The notes: a model not told the origin generated them from the sequence alone. Shown: positions 10,357-21,196, counted from the first letter of the stretch. The stretch is 64,000 nt of DNA from Verrucomicrobiota bacterium (GCA_049510745.1 JBEKYR010000012.1:1-64000); one strand, 5' to 3'. Translations and numbers: made by a program.

Positions 10357-10530
10357 TCAGTCGGTGTCGCACAACACGAACCCGATGAGGGCGGAGAGCG
10401 TAATGATGAAGGCCGTCCCTACGAGCCATTTGCTGACCAGGATCACGCCCCAAATGGAGAGCCAGACTCCAAAAATGGCAGTGGCAAAGAGAATGATTTC
10501 ACCGCGGCTGCGTTCCATAGATTTATTCAT
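10357..10530 (-). CDS. 57-aa two-helix membrane protein (below the ORF track cutoff)
   Basis: MNKSMERSRGEIILFATAIFGVWLSIWGVILVSKWLVGTAFIITLSALIGFVLCDTD; promoter just upstream. Confidence 0.65.
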   Translation of the reverse strand: MNKSMERSRGEIILFATAIFGVWLSIWGVILVSKWLVGTAFIITLSALIGFVLCDTD

Positions 10531-10539
10531 CTGGCGGAG

Positions 10540-10568
10540 ATATTAAGGTGAATCGGCCCGGCAGGCAA
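10540..10568 (-). promoter_or_regulatory. Sigma70-type promoter for small ORF-xylB
   Basis: TTGCCT-17 bp-TAATAT, 9 nt before the ATG at 10530. Confidence 0.55.
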
Positions 10569-10620
10569 GCTCATCTTGGCGGAGAGGTTCATATTTCAAG
10601 GGGGGGAGCGGGGGCTCAAA

Positions 10621-10670
10621 CTACCTTAAATCACCTTAAACTACCTTAAATCACCTTAAATTGGCTTAAA
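10621..10670. repeat. 10-bp tandem repeat
   Basis: CTACCTTAAA TCACCTTAAA CTACCTTAAA TCACCTTAAA TTGGCTTAAA. Confidence 0.85.
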
Positions 10671-11162
10671 GGATTGGGGGGTGCTTGAATGGGCCAAAAC
10701 GACCGATGGGACCAATGGGACGAATGAACGACCCGCTGGCGGAGCGGCTGGAGCCATCCCTGCCTTGCCCGATGTGATGAGTATTTCATCGATGGATGTA
10801 GTAACACAGAGTTATGGATGTTGGCAAGGGTATGTTTCAAGAAAAGAGGATTTAACCGCAGAGAACGCAAAGAGCGCAAAGAGAAGGGGTTATGGAGTTT
10901 TTGCCCGCAACCCCGAGAGCTTTCGGGGTGCAATACGCGGATTGAATCCAGAACTCATCGAAAAGGCGGGCGAAAGATATTGGCGCGAGATTGATCGCTA
11001 TGCCGAGCTTTCCGAGTTTGTAGGTGAAGCCTGCCGACATCTTCGGCGCAGTCAGCGACGTCGAACTTTGATCCGCGCCTTTTGGCAACAGGCGGAGCTT
11101 TCTTTGTGATTTTGTATTACTCATTTATGCGAGCCTCAATAATTTCACCAGAACTTCCGGCG

Positions 11163-11900
11163 TCACTCTTTTGGAGTCGCGCCGGCCTCTTTCACTCGCT
11201 TGGCAACAATCTCGGTCGTGGCGAAATCCTCCACTTTGCGCGTCAATTTGATTTCATCCCCAGAAATTTTGCCGGTGTAGTCAATAGTAATTGCCTGGTC
11301 CTGAATCTTGAGCGGCTCGGTGAAGGAAATGTCGCCACCGGTCACTTTGCCTGTGATGTCAGTGGTTGTCTTTTCTTCGTTCACCTCGCGCGTCGCCTTG
11401 CCGGTGAGTTTGCCGCCATCCACCTTGAATTCGTAAAGGTATTTTTGATGACCGACCTGGCTGTCGAATTCTGACTGCCATTTGCCCGCCGCGTCCGCTA
11501 TTGCGCCAGACGCGCCTTCCTTGTCCCGCTTCGCAACGATTTCGTTGCTCCCGAAGTCCCCGACCTTGCGTGTAAATTTGATTTCATCACCCGTGACCTT
11601 GCCGGTATATTCGATGCGGAGATCCTGGTCTCCGGTCTTGACCAGTTCGACGAACGAAATCTCGTCGCCGTTGATTTTGCCCTCCTGGATCGCCACCGTG
11701 GCTTTTTCTCCGTCACGGTCGCGGAAGGCTTTGCCGGTGAGTTTGTCGCCCTCGGTTTTGAATTCATAGGTATATTTGAGGTGCCAGTCCTGGACTTGAA
11801 ACTCGGATTTCCACCTGCCATTCACGTCGGCGGCGCGAAGCGTGCCCAGCAGGCCAAGGAGCAGGACGGTGGAGAGAATTGAAGATGTCATTGCTTTCAT
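11163..11900 (-). CDS. Secreted protein with two tandem beta-rich repeat domains
   Basis: Signal peptide; two ~105-aa repeats (GRWKSEF..YEFK..GDKLTGKA..ISF..YTGK..GDEIK.TRKV). Confidence 0.8.
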   Translation of the reverse strand: MKAMTSSILSTVLLLGLLGTLRAADVNGRWKSEFQVQDWHLKYTYEFKTEGDKLTGKAFRDRDGEKATVAIQEGKINGDEISFVELVKTGDQDLRIEYTGKVTGDEIKFTRKVGDFGSNEIVAKRDKEGASGAIADAAGKWQSEFDSQVGHQKYLYEFKVDGGKLTGKATREVNEEKTTTDITGKVTGGDISFTEPLKIQDQAITIDYTGKISGDEIKLTRKVEDFATTEIVAKRVKEAGATPKE

Positions 11901-12009
11901 AGAATTTAATTAGGCGTTGCTGGAATTATTCACCCGCCGCCTCGAAAATATCAATCCTTAAATGCCTGGGCGCCGAAGGCAATTGTTTCATGCCAGCAGT
12001 TTATCGTGG

Positions 12010-12034
12010 GACTTGGACAAATGCTGTCCAAGTC
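12010..12034. promoter_or_regulatory. Putative operator palindrome
   Basis: GACTTGGACA-AATGC-TGTCCAAGTC between divergent genes; extra TTGGACA at 12067-12073. Confidence 0.5.
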
Positions 12035-12199
12035 GAATGGTTGGCGGAAATCACAACTCGCTATTTTTGGACAGGTCGGAAAATGCACACCCAATAAACC
12101 AGGGCTATCATCAAGGGTTGGATGGGAAGACGTGCCCACAAAAGCCAAGGCGCGATGTTTTCACCTTTCCAGCCATGCAGGGCTACATACAGGTTGGCT

Positions 12200-12470
12200 G
12201 GGAAATCGGTGGAGCAATGGGGCCTTTTTGAACTGGCATTGAAAGGCCCGACCAACGGCAATCCGTTTCTTGACGCAAGATTCTCCGCGCGCATCCGGCA
12301 AGGAACCAGTTCGGTCGAGGCAAATGGCTTTTATGACGGTGACGCGCGTGCCCGGCGATTTTACGCTCAAGAACAGAGATGATGGCACTTACGCCGATAA
12401 AAACGGGCCCAGCATTGCGTTGCCGGGCCATCCCTGCGTGGCGATTCGAGTGAAGCGGTTGAAGAACTGA
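12200..12470 (+). pseudogene. Internally deleted DUF5060/DUF4038/DUF5605-type gene
   Basis: N-terminal VEQWGLFELALKGPTNGNPF..GFYDGD joined out of frame to C-terminal MTVTRVPGDF..LPGHPCVAIRVKR. Confidence 0.65.
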
Positions 12471-15215
12471 TTATAAAGTCACCCGCGCGGCCCAATCAAG
12501 CGGGTTGCGCCGGCCAAGCTTCAGATGCAGATCCACCGGTTTTCCCTCCGGCAAATGCAGGTCGCATCTGGCCGTGCCTGACTGGAGTTTCGCCGTCAAA
12601 ACACCGCTGGGGGCGGAGATATTTTCGATGCCATGCCGGGCAATCAATGTGACGTCTTGCTTTCTTACCGAGGTGATCGTTACGTCCACGGTTCGAGCTT
12701 CCATGTCCCAGGCCAGATTATCAATCCTGGCAAATGTGCGGGCCAGCACCCCGTTAATCGAGCCTTTCACCAGCGAGGGAGGAAGGGCGGGAAGCACCTC
12801 AATCACGCCCGGGCGCGAATAAGCCAGCATTTCCATCATGATCGCGGGAATTCCGCCCTGTGCGTCCGGCACGGGCCCGCCATAGGGTTCACGCGAGCAC
12901 CGGAACGCGGTGCTGACGTAGCCCTGCTCCATCAATTGCCGCAGTTGAATGTCCACGATGACATTGTTTTTGAGCCGGGCCCCAACCAAAGCGCGATGGC
13001 AGCGGGCATAAGCAGCCAAAGTTTCGCCCGCGACTGCGGTGGACATGACATCGAAAGTGCGCCTCCGGTCGGCGATCACCGCGGCTCGGGCCAGTTGCGG
13101 TGCGCGGTCCGGATCAATTTCGTCGCCGGGCCAGGCTCCATAAAGATGAGAAACGTGTCGGTGGCTGTAACGTTCTTGCAGGGTGGGCCAGGCCCATTCC
13201 TTGAGCGTACCGTCCAATTCGAGCAAATAGGGTGGCATCTTGGCCAACATCGCCATCCATTTGGGCACGCTCTCGGCCTCAATGCCCAGCAACTCGCAAG
13301 CCTCGACCAAATTGGCCAGGACTTCCCGGCACACCGCGATGTCCATGCTGGCATTGACCATCACCGGTCCGGACGGGTCCGTGCTGCCGGGCGTGTTCTC
13401 CGGTGAGAAGGATGGGACGAAGATGTAGTTCCCATCCTTGTCCGTGGCCGTCAGGAAATCCTCGTAAAACAGCGCCAGGTCTTTATATGCCGGCACCACG
13501 CGCTTGCGGAGGAAATCCAGGTCTCCCGTCACCAGATAGTGGTCCCAGAACGGGCGGCAGGCCAGGCCGCCCGCGGAAATCCAATAGGGCCAGAGGCCTC
13601 CAATCGTGGAGCTGTTGGAGTAATAATACTTGACGCCCATTCCTTTGTCCGGCCAAAGGGGATACGACGTGCCGCGGAACCCGAAGATGTTCCTGGCGTT
13701 GGCCCGGCAGTCCGGGGCCAGGCTTTCGATCCAATTGAAGTAGGCTTCCGTCCCTTCGCGGAGGTCGCCCTGCACCGCGCCGGCCGCCTGCAACAGTCCG
13801 GGTCCCGCGGCTCGTACTTCTTCTCCAAGTCGGGGGTCGCCCGGCGCCGCGCCGCCCGCAGGCGGGTTGACGGCGAAGTTGACCCTCGCTGCGATGCCTG
13901 GATACTTGCCGCTGGTGAGGATGAACCAATGGCGCCCCATTTCGAATACCTTCTCCAGCAAGGCGGGCGAAAAGTCCGCCCTTGACCGCTGATCGGCCAG
14001 CAGTTCCTCGGCGGACATGCCGTATTGGGAGGCGCCGCCGAAATCCACGGTAACGCGGTTGAGCATTTCCGATTGGACCCGGCGATGGCGTTCCAAGAGG
14101 GCCGCGTAATCCGGGGTGATTTGCCCGACCGCCTGCCGGAGAGTTTCCACCTTGTCGTCGCTGTAGTCGGGGAAATACTCGATGCGGGTGAGCAGGATCA
14201 CCGAAGAGGCGTTTTCGATGACCAGAGTGTCCTGGTCCATCCGTGCCAAGCCGCCGTTGGGAACGACGCGGGTCACTCCAGCGTAGCCGCTGTTGTCCAC
14301 GGAGGGGTCCAAACGGCATTTGTAAATGAGGCGTTGCGCGGTAAAATCGGGTTGAACGTCGCCGGTTTCAGGGCCCTTGGTTGCTCCCCTGGCGGGGTGG
14401 TTGCCCCAAGACGTCCCGGTGCTCATGCTCCACTCCGCGGACTTCTGCACAGAGATTCGGACATTCACCGACTGCCCTTTGGGAGCGGTGAGCCACTGGA
14501 CCACAACGTTGTCAGGCCGCGAAGTGAAAATCTGACGAAGCCACTCGCCGTGCTCGTCAGTCCAGGTGACCTCTATCTGACTGTTCTCGAAATTGACCGT
14601 GCGGAGATAGTTCTTGACAGACGCGGTTTTCGGAAAATCCAACCGCATCAGGAACGCCGGGATGGTGAGGTGCGGCTCGGTATTCTGCTTGAGGGTGCTT
14701 TCATTCATGCGCTGAACCGCGAGCGCGATGGCTTCTCTGTGTTTCCCTTCCATCACCATTTGCCGCACTTGGGGAAAGAGGTCCGCGATCTTGGGGGCCT
14801 CCAAGGGCCTGGCCCACGGCATGAGCAGACTTTCGTGGTGGAAAAGGATCTGCTCCGAGTAGGGATCGCCCATCAACTCGATAGTCATCGCTCCGTTGCC
14901 CGAGATGAGACTCTCGCTGACCAACCCGCCGGGCGCGATGCTGCAAAAGCCGCGCTGCGGCACAATCTTCCGCTTGACCCGTTCCGCCAGCGGCATCGGC
15001 GCAAGCTGATACGGCTTCGCCAGCGCGGGCGCCTTGGGCAGGAATCGCTCCGCTTGTCCCTTGCGAAGATATTCGACTGGGCGATTGTCAGCCTCTGACG
15101 CCCCATTTGAATCAGGAATGGCGCCGCCGCCGGCTGCGAGCGACTCAAGCGTCTTGACAGAACCGGCCAGGCCCGCGGCGAGGGCGCTGGTTTTAATAAA
15201 ATCTCTACGTTTCAT
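12471..15215 (-). CDS. GH95-like glycoside hydrolase (alpha-L-fucosidase-like), Tat-exported
   Basis: KRRDFIK Tat motif; ISGNG, PSFSPEN, LKEW, HRHVSHLYG, LPALP. Confidence 0.85.
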   Translation of the reverse strand: MKRRDFIKTSALAAGLAGSVKTLESLAAGGGAIPDSNGASEADNRPVEYLRKGQAERFLPKAPALAKPYQLAPMPLAERVKRKIVPQRGFCSIAPGGLVSESLISGNGAMTIELMGDPYSEQILFHHESLLMPWARPLEAPKIADLFPQVRQMVMEGKHREAIALAVQRMNESTLKQNTEPHLTIPAFLMRLDFPKTASVKNYLRTVNFENSQIEVTWTDEHGEWLRQIFTSRPDNVVVQWLTAPKGQSVNVRISVQKSAEWSMSTGTSWGNHPARGATKGPETGDVQPDFTAQRLIYKCRLDPSVDNSGYAGVTRVVPNGGLARMDQDTLVIENASSVILLTRIEYFPDYSDDKVETLRQAVGQITPDYAALLERHRRVQSEMLNRVTVDFGGASQYGMSAEELLADQRSRADFSPALLEKVFEMGRHWFILTSGKYPGIAARVNFAVNPPAGGAAPGDPRLGEEVRAAGPGLLQAAGAVQGDLREGTEAYFNWIESLAPDCRANARNIFGFRGTSYPLWPDKGMGVKYYYSNSSTIGGLWPYWISAGGLACRPFWDHYLVTGDLDFLRKRVVPAYKDLALFYEDFLTATDKDGNYIFVPSFSPENTPGSTDPSGPVMVNASMDIAVCREVLANLVEACELLGIEAESVPKWMAMLAKMPPYLLELDGTLKEWAWPTLQERYSHRHVSHLYGAWPGDEIDPDRAPQLARAAVIADRRRTFDVMSTAVAGETLAAYARCHRALVGARLKNNVIVDIQLRQLMEQGYVSTAFRCSREPYGGPVPDAQGGIPAIMMEMLAYSRPGVIEVLPALPPSLVKGSINGVLARTFARIDNLAWDMEARTVDVTITSVRKQDVTLIARHGIENISAPSGVLTAKLQSGTARCDLHLPEGKPVDLHLKLGRRNPLDWAARVTL

Positions 15216-15245
15216 ATTTCTCCCGCCTGGTTTATTGGCTGTTCC

Positions 15246-17908
15246 TCACGCGACCCAATGGACCCATTCCAGCGGATTCCGCCGGCCGAGTTTCAAATGG
15301 ATTTCCACCGGCTTTCCTTCCGGCAAGTGCAGATCGCACGCGGCAATGTCCCGTTGCGGCTTCGCCTTCAAAATACCGGCAGGCGCGGCAATGTCTTCAA
15401 TTCCATATCGCGCCAGCAAGGTGATGTCCTGCGGTTTCACCGAGGTAACGGTTAAGTCCACCGTCCGAGCTTCCATGTCCCAAGCCAGTTTATTGAGTCG
15501 CGCAAAAGTGTGGAGTTGCATCCCGTTGATGGATCCCTTCACCAGTGATGGAGGAAGGGCCGGAAGCACCTCAATCACACCGGGTCGGGCGTAGGCCAGC
15601 ATTTCCATCATGATTGTGGGAATCCCGCCTTGCGCATCCGGCATGACCCTGGAGTAGGGGTCGTGAGAACACCGGAGCGTGGGGCCCACGTAGCCTTCTT
15701 CAATCAGTTGCCGCAACTCGCTGTCCACCATGTAGCTGTCTTTGAGCCGGGCCCCAACCAAAGCGCGATGGCAGCGGCCATGAGCTGCCAGCCTCTCCGG
15801 AATACGGCGCCGGTCGGCAATCATGACGGCCTTGGCCAACTGCGGCGTGCGGTCCGGATCAATTTCGTCGCCGGGCCATGCTCCGTAGAGATGAGAGATG
15901 TGCCGATGAACATAACGCTCTCCCAAAGTGGGCCAGGCCCATTCCTTCATGGCGCCGTCCGGTTCGAGCAGGTAGGGCGGCAATTTCGCCAGTATCGCCT
16001 TCCATTTCGGCACGCTCTCGGCCTCAATGCCCAGCAGTTCGCAAGCCTCGACCAAATTGGCCAGGACTTCCCGGCACACCGCGATGTCCATGCTGGCGTT
16101 AATCACCATCATGCATGAAGGGTTCAGGCTGCCCGGATTGTTCTCCGGAGAGAAGGATGGGACGAAGATGTAGTTCCCATCCTTGTCCGTCACCGTCAGG
16201 AAATCCTCGTAAAACAGCGCCAGGTCTTTATATGCCGGCACCACGCGCTTGCGGAGGAAATCCAGGTCTCCCGTGACCAGGTAGTGGTCCCAGAACGGGC
16301 GCACACACCAGGGGCCGGCGGCAAGCCAGTAGGGATGCGGCCAGGTTTCTCCGGTTGCGGTCGAACCAGCATGGTCGTACATGGTTTCGACGCCCATCTC
16401 TTTGCTCGGCGTGAGGGCAAAATGGGTGCCGCGCATGCCGAAAATATTCTTGGCGTTGGTGCGGAAGTCCGAGACCAGGCTCTCCATCCAGTTGAAGTAG
16501 GCTTCCTCGCCTTCGCGGTGATCGCCCAAGGCCATGGGCGCGAGCTGCAGGTTGATGTTGGCGTTGGTCTCAGCCGACATGCTGCAGTATTTCCCGCTGG
16601 TCAGGATGAACCAGTAGCGGCACATGTCGAATAACTTCTCGAGATAAGCGGCCGAATAACCCGGGCTCGACCGCTGATCCGACAGGAGCTCCTCGGAAGA
16701 CAATCCATATTGCGAGGCGCCGCCGAAATCCACGGTGACGCGGTTAAGCATCTCGGACTGGACCTTCCGGCCTCGCTCCAGCAGGGCCTCATAGTCCGGA
16801 GTAAGCCCTTCCACTGCCAGTCGTAGCGCTTCCACCTTGTCCTCGGTGTAGTCGGGGAAGTATTCGAGGCGCGTGAGCAGCATCACGGAAGTCGCGTTCT
16901 CGACGACCAGCACGTTCCCCTCCATCCGGGCCGCGCCACCGTCGCGGACCACGCGGGTCACACCGGCGTAGCCCCGATTGTTGACGGAGGGATCCAAATG
17001 GCCCTTATAGATCAGGCGCTGCTCGTTGCAGTCTTGCTGAACATTGCTGGATCCTCCGCCCCCGCCACCCGGCGGACCGCCCCCCCCGCCGCCTCTTCCC
17101 CCGCCACGACCTCCCCCCCGGCAGACAAAGCGATTCGGACATTCACCGACTGTCCTTTGGGGGCGGTGAGCCATTGAACCACAAGGTTGTCGGGTCGGGA
17201 GGTAAAAGTCCGGCGAACCCACTCACCGCGCTCGTCCGTCCAGTGGACCTTCACCTCGGTGCTCTCGAAATCAACCGTGCGGAGATAGTCCTTGACCGAC
17301 GCGCTTTTTGGAAACTCAAGGCGCATGGAGAATCCCCCGCCTGCGCCGAACCCTATGCCGCCGGGCGCGGTTGGGCCTTCATGCCATTTGTGGTAGCCGA
17401 GTGCGGCAGCGTCGTGATATTTTCCGTCCAGCAACATTTGCCGCAACTGCGGTAAAATTTCCGCGACCTTGGGCGCCTCGAAGGGCCTCCGACGCGGCAC
17501 ATACAGCATTTCGTGGCGGAAAGGAATCTGTTCGGTGTAGGGATCGCACGTCAACTCAATGTTGACGGCTCCATTGCCAGAGATGAGCCCGCCATTTCCG
17601 GGCGTAATACTGCAAAAGCCCCGCTGCGGCACAATCTTCCGCTTGATCCGTTCCGCCAATGGCATCGGCGAAATCTCAACGTCCCCGGGAAGATTTGATT
17701 TCGCCAGCACCGGCGCCTTGGGCAGGAACTTATCCTCCTGCGCGCGGCGAAGATAGTCAGCGGATCGGTTGTCCCCCGGCAGCCCTTCCGTTTGTCCTGT
17801 GGGTTGTTGGGAACCGCCTTCGCTGGCCGCAAGCATCGGGGGGAACTTCAGTGAACCGGCCAAGCCGGCAGCGACCGCACCTGTTTTAAGAAAATCTCTG
17901 CGCCTCAT
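15246..17908 (-). pseudogene. Second GH95-like paralogue split by a single frameshift at a G7 tract
   Basis: 5' part from ATG 17908 (MRRRDFLK) and 3' part (ORF 15246-17222) are both colinear with 12471-15215; the frames switch at C7 17113-17119. Confidence 0.85.
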
Positions 17909-17952
17909 AATTTCCTCGTCTGGATTGGCTCCGGGAGAATTTTGGGACTCTT

Positions 17953-19641
17953 CTAGCTTAACAAGATTTTGCGAACCTCGCCTTCGGGGTCGTCCACCAT
18001 GCGGCATACGTTGTCGAATACCATCGTTGGGCACCCATCCGAGTTGAACGGCATCCAGGTCAAACCGCTCTGGCTGGGATTGCCCGTGCGAGCGAAATTC
18101 GCCCAGGCCGTGGCCATCTTCTTTGCCAGCTTTTGCGCCTTCGGCGTGTTCCCGGTGCCCTGTTCGCAACGCTTCGTGTTGTCAAAGCAGAAAGCCAGTT
18201 CGGCCGTGTGCCACGCGCCGGCATCCTCCAACATCGGCGATTGCCAGGTGAAGTAGTAGGCAAAGACCGGCGCGCCCTTCTGGTCGCACTTCATCTTGGC
18301 CATGCGGGTGACGTTGTTGCGCACCAGCAGGCCGCTCACGCCGTAGGAAAGCGTGCGGATGCTCTTCTCCGGATGCGCCTTCTTCATCGCGGCAATCAGC
18401 GTGGTGGCCTTGGCATCGCCCAAGACTCCAGCCAGGGTGGCATGCCACTCCGCCTCAGTCGGCTTGGAAGACATCCGGTTCCCTTCCTCACTCACCGAGC
18501 CGATCAACATCGGCACGTTCTTGGAAATTTCGGGAGCGGCTTCATAAAAGGAGCGCATGGTGATCAGCCGGCCATCAACTGTCGGTCCCATGCCGACGCG
18601 CGGCGTGGTCCCTGAGGGTGATCCCATCCCGAGACCCCGCTGCGCGGGCGGGTTGATCTTGGCAGCGGCGGCGGTGGCAGCCGCGTTCAGTTTGGCCCAC
18701 TCCATTTTCTGTAGCGCGCCGATATCGTTCGGCCCCAGCCCCAACTCGACCATGATCTGTTTCGCCAGCGCCCGGGATTGCTCGGTGCCGGGAGGATTGC
18801 CGCCCCCGCCCGACTGCACAGAAGCGCGATGGAACAGCCCCGCCGCCGACGGCATGCCCATGAGCGTGGTCACCTTGGAGCCGCCGCCCGACTGGCCATA
18901 AATCATGACGTTGTTCGGATCGCCGCCGAAATTCGCAATGTTGTCCCGGACCCAACGCAGCGCCGCGACCAAGTCGGTCATTCCGATGTTGACCGAATCA
19001 GCATAAGCGGCCCCGCCGATTTCAGACAGGTCGAAGAATCCGAGGATATTGAGGCGATGATTGACCGACACCTGGACGATGTCATGATGTCGCGCCATCT
19101 GCGCTCCTTCGTGCGAAGGCAACTCATAGGACGAGCCGAAGCTGAAACCGCCGCCATGAAAATAGACCATCACCGGGCGTTTGCCGGTCAGGCTGGACGT
19201 CCAGATGTTGAGCTTGAGCATGTCTTCGCTCATGTAGCCGTCGTCCCAATCCTGAATGAACGATTGCTCGATGGCCGTGTAGTCATGCAGCCGCTGCGGG
19301 CAGTTGGCGCCATAGATCAGGGCGGGGTGCTCGCCGTCCCACGCCTTTGGAGGTTTGACCGGAAGCCAGCGGTTCTCGCCGCCCGTATCCTGGCCATACG
19401 GTATTCCTTTGAAGCTGAAGACGCCGTCATCGAGAAAGCCGCGCACCTTTCCATATTGCGTATTTGCGACTGCCGAACGCGGCGTGGAGCAGTTTCCCGG
19501 CGCCTGGTGCGCGGAAGTCTTGGTGCTGTCGGACGCCCGCGCTGTTCCAGGCAGTGCGATTCCCAAGCCCGCTGTAGCAGAGAGCAGCAGCGCCTGGCGG
19601 CGGGTGAGTTTGTTACGATGCATGTAATCTGAATTTGACAT
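17953..19641 (-). CDS. Type-B carboxylesterase (PnbA-like), Tat-exported
   Basis: TRRQAL, SEDMLKLNIW, HGGGF, FGGDP, GQSGGG, GAWHTAE. Confidence 0.9.
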   Translation of the reverse strand: MSNSDYMHRNKLTRRQALLLSATAGLGIALPGTARASDSTKTSAHQAPGNCSTPRSAVANTQYGKVRGFLDDGVFSFKGIPYGQDTGGENRWLPVKPPKAWDGEHPALIYGANCPQRLHDYTAIEQSFIQDWDDGYMSEDMLKLNIWTSSLTGKRPVMVYFHGGGFSFGSSYELPSHEGAQMARHHDIVQVSVNHRLNILGFFDLSEIGGAAYADSVNIGMTDLVAALRWVRDNIANFGGDPNNVMIYGQSGGGSKVTTLMGMPSAAGLFHRASVQSGGGGNPPGTEQSRALAKQIMVELGLGPNDIGALQKMEWAKLNAAATAAAAKINPPAQRGLGMGSPSGTTPRVGMGPTVDGRLITMRSFYEAAPEISKNVPMLIGSVSEEGNRMSSKPTEAEWHATLAGVLGDAKATTLIAAMKKAHPEKSIRTLSYGVSGLLVRNNVTRMAKMKCDQKGAPVFAYYFTWQSPMLEDAGAWHTAELAFCFDNTKRCEQGTGNTPKAQKLAKKMATAWANFARTGNPSQSGLTWMPFNSDGCPTMVFDNVCRMVDDPEGEVRKILLS

Positions 19642-19693
19642 GATTTCTCCTTTTGATAACGGGTGGGGGTTTTGCTTTTGCAGCGCCGGTAAA

Positions 19694-21196
19694 CTATTTG
19701 ACAGGGATTAGCATCTGTGTAAATGAATGAGCCGGAAAGTCATATTTGATATGATTACCGCTGAATTGGAATTCCTTGGTGGCGATGGTCACACCCTCCC
19801 GGGTCTTCGTGTTCGTTGACACGACAGATTCACCGTTGACCTCCTTGACGGCGGCGCTCCCCGTGAATTCCCCGCTCTGCAACACGATATCCGAGGCTAT
19901 GGAATTCGTTTCACGCCGGTTGACTACATTGACCACCAGGATTTTGCTGGAGTCGTTGAACACAGCGGTAACATCAAGATAGGGTATGTCGTTAAATACC
20001 TTGTTGCTGTATTTTTCACTGTCGGCATACACATCCAGAGAAGTGCCTCGCGAGTTTTTTGAATACAAGTAGAAGGCCTGGTACAGTGCATTCTTGTAAT
20101 CGCCGTCGGGTGAATTGCCCACCAGGCTGGAAAGCATCGTAATATTCGCCATTTTCACGATATCGGCATGCCTGATAAAGGAGTTCAGGTGCTGGGCTAC
20201 CATGAGGGATCCTGTCAGCGTTGCGCCTCCGGCCGACCATTCGTCAAAAGAAATATACACCGGCCTTTTGGATCCGGATTTCGCCATCGCCTTCTCGATC
20301 AGGGCTTTGATGATGTTGATCTTCTGATCCACATCGAGGCCCAGAGACATCATCCCCGAGAAGTTTGTGTCGCCCGCCAGCGCCTCCCTTGCGTATCTGT
20401 GAACCGATAGATAATCAATATTGCCCACGAGGTGTTGCAATACATAATCGTTCCAATCAATCCAGTTGTTGTCGGGCTTGTAATTGGAAGCCCCGTCCGC
20501 AATGAATTTAACATTCCCGTCCACCAACCGCATGATCTTGGCGGCTTCCAGCGCAAATTTGCAGTAGTCTTCAGCATTCTTCTGGCCGGTCTGCCAGGGC
20601 CCGTCAATTTCGTTGCCCAGAGACCAGTATTTGACATTAAAAGGTTGTTCATTGCCATACTTCCTCCGAAGATCCGAGTAATAGGTCCCTCTCGGATAGT
20701 TGCAGTACTCAATCCAATGCCTGGCCTGATCCAGAGTTCCCAAGCCGGCGTTGATACAGACGAAATTCTCCGCCCCGAGCAGGCTGCAGAGTTTGACATA
20801 TTCATCCGTTCCCATCTGATTGCTGTCAATTTGATGCCATGCAAGGTCGAGCCTGGCTGGACGCTGGTCCTTCGGACCAATCCCATCCTCCCAGTTATAG
20901 CCCGAGACATAATTTCCGCCGGGCCACCGGACCACGGGAATGTCGAGCGCCTGGATCAGTTGGACAAAGTCCTTTCTGAATCCGTTCCCATCCGCCAGGG
21001 GAGATTTGGGATCATAAATAGAGCCATAGACCACCGTGCGTATCGGCTCAACGAAAGCCCCGTAGATGTTGGGGTCCAAATACCCGATTTTTCGGTCCAG
21101 ATCAATTTTAATGAGTGCCGATTGCTCTGCCCCAAGATTCGCGGTGATCAGGTTGGAGAGAATTAAAAAAGCGAGCGGAAGGTTGCTCTTTTTCAT
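19694..21196 (-). CDS. GH51 alpha-L-arabinofuranosidase
   Basis: IYGAFVE, RWPGGN, WSLGNE, SFDEW, RHADIVKMA; signal peptide from ATG 21196. Confidence 0.9.
   Translation of the reverse strand: MKKSNLPLAFLILSNLITANLGAEQSALIKIDLDRKIGYLDPNIYGAFVEPIRTVVYGSIYDPKSPLADGNGFRKDFVQLIQALDIPVVRWPGGNYVSGYNWEDGIGPKDQRPARLDLAWHQIDSNQMGTDEYVKLCSLLGAENFVCINAGLGTLDQARHWIEYCNYPRGTYYSDLRRKYGNEQPFNVKYWSLGNEIDGPWQTGQKNAEDYCKFALEAAKIMRLVDGNVKFIADGASNYKPDNNWIDWNDYVLQHLVGNIDYLSVHRYAREALAGDTNFSGMMSLGLDVDQKINIIKALIEKAMAKSGSKRPVYISFDEWSAGGATLTGSLMVAQHLNSFIRHADIVKMANITMLSSLVGNSPDGDYKNALYQAFYLYSKNSRGTSLDVYADSEKYSNKVFNDIPYLDVTAVFNDSSKILVVNVVNRRETNSIASDIVLQSGEFTGSAAVKEVNGESVVSTNTKTREGVTIATKEFQFSGNHIKYDFPAHSFTQMLIPVK

Noticed and set aside
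10681..11109. 142-aa ORF
   Set aside because: Runs through several repeats and hairpins; no recognisable family, possibly a fragment
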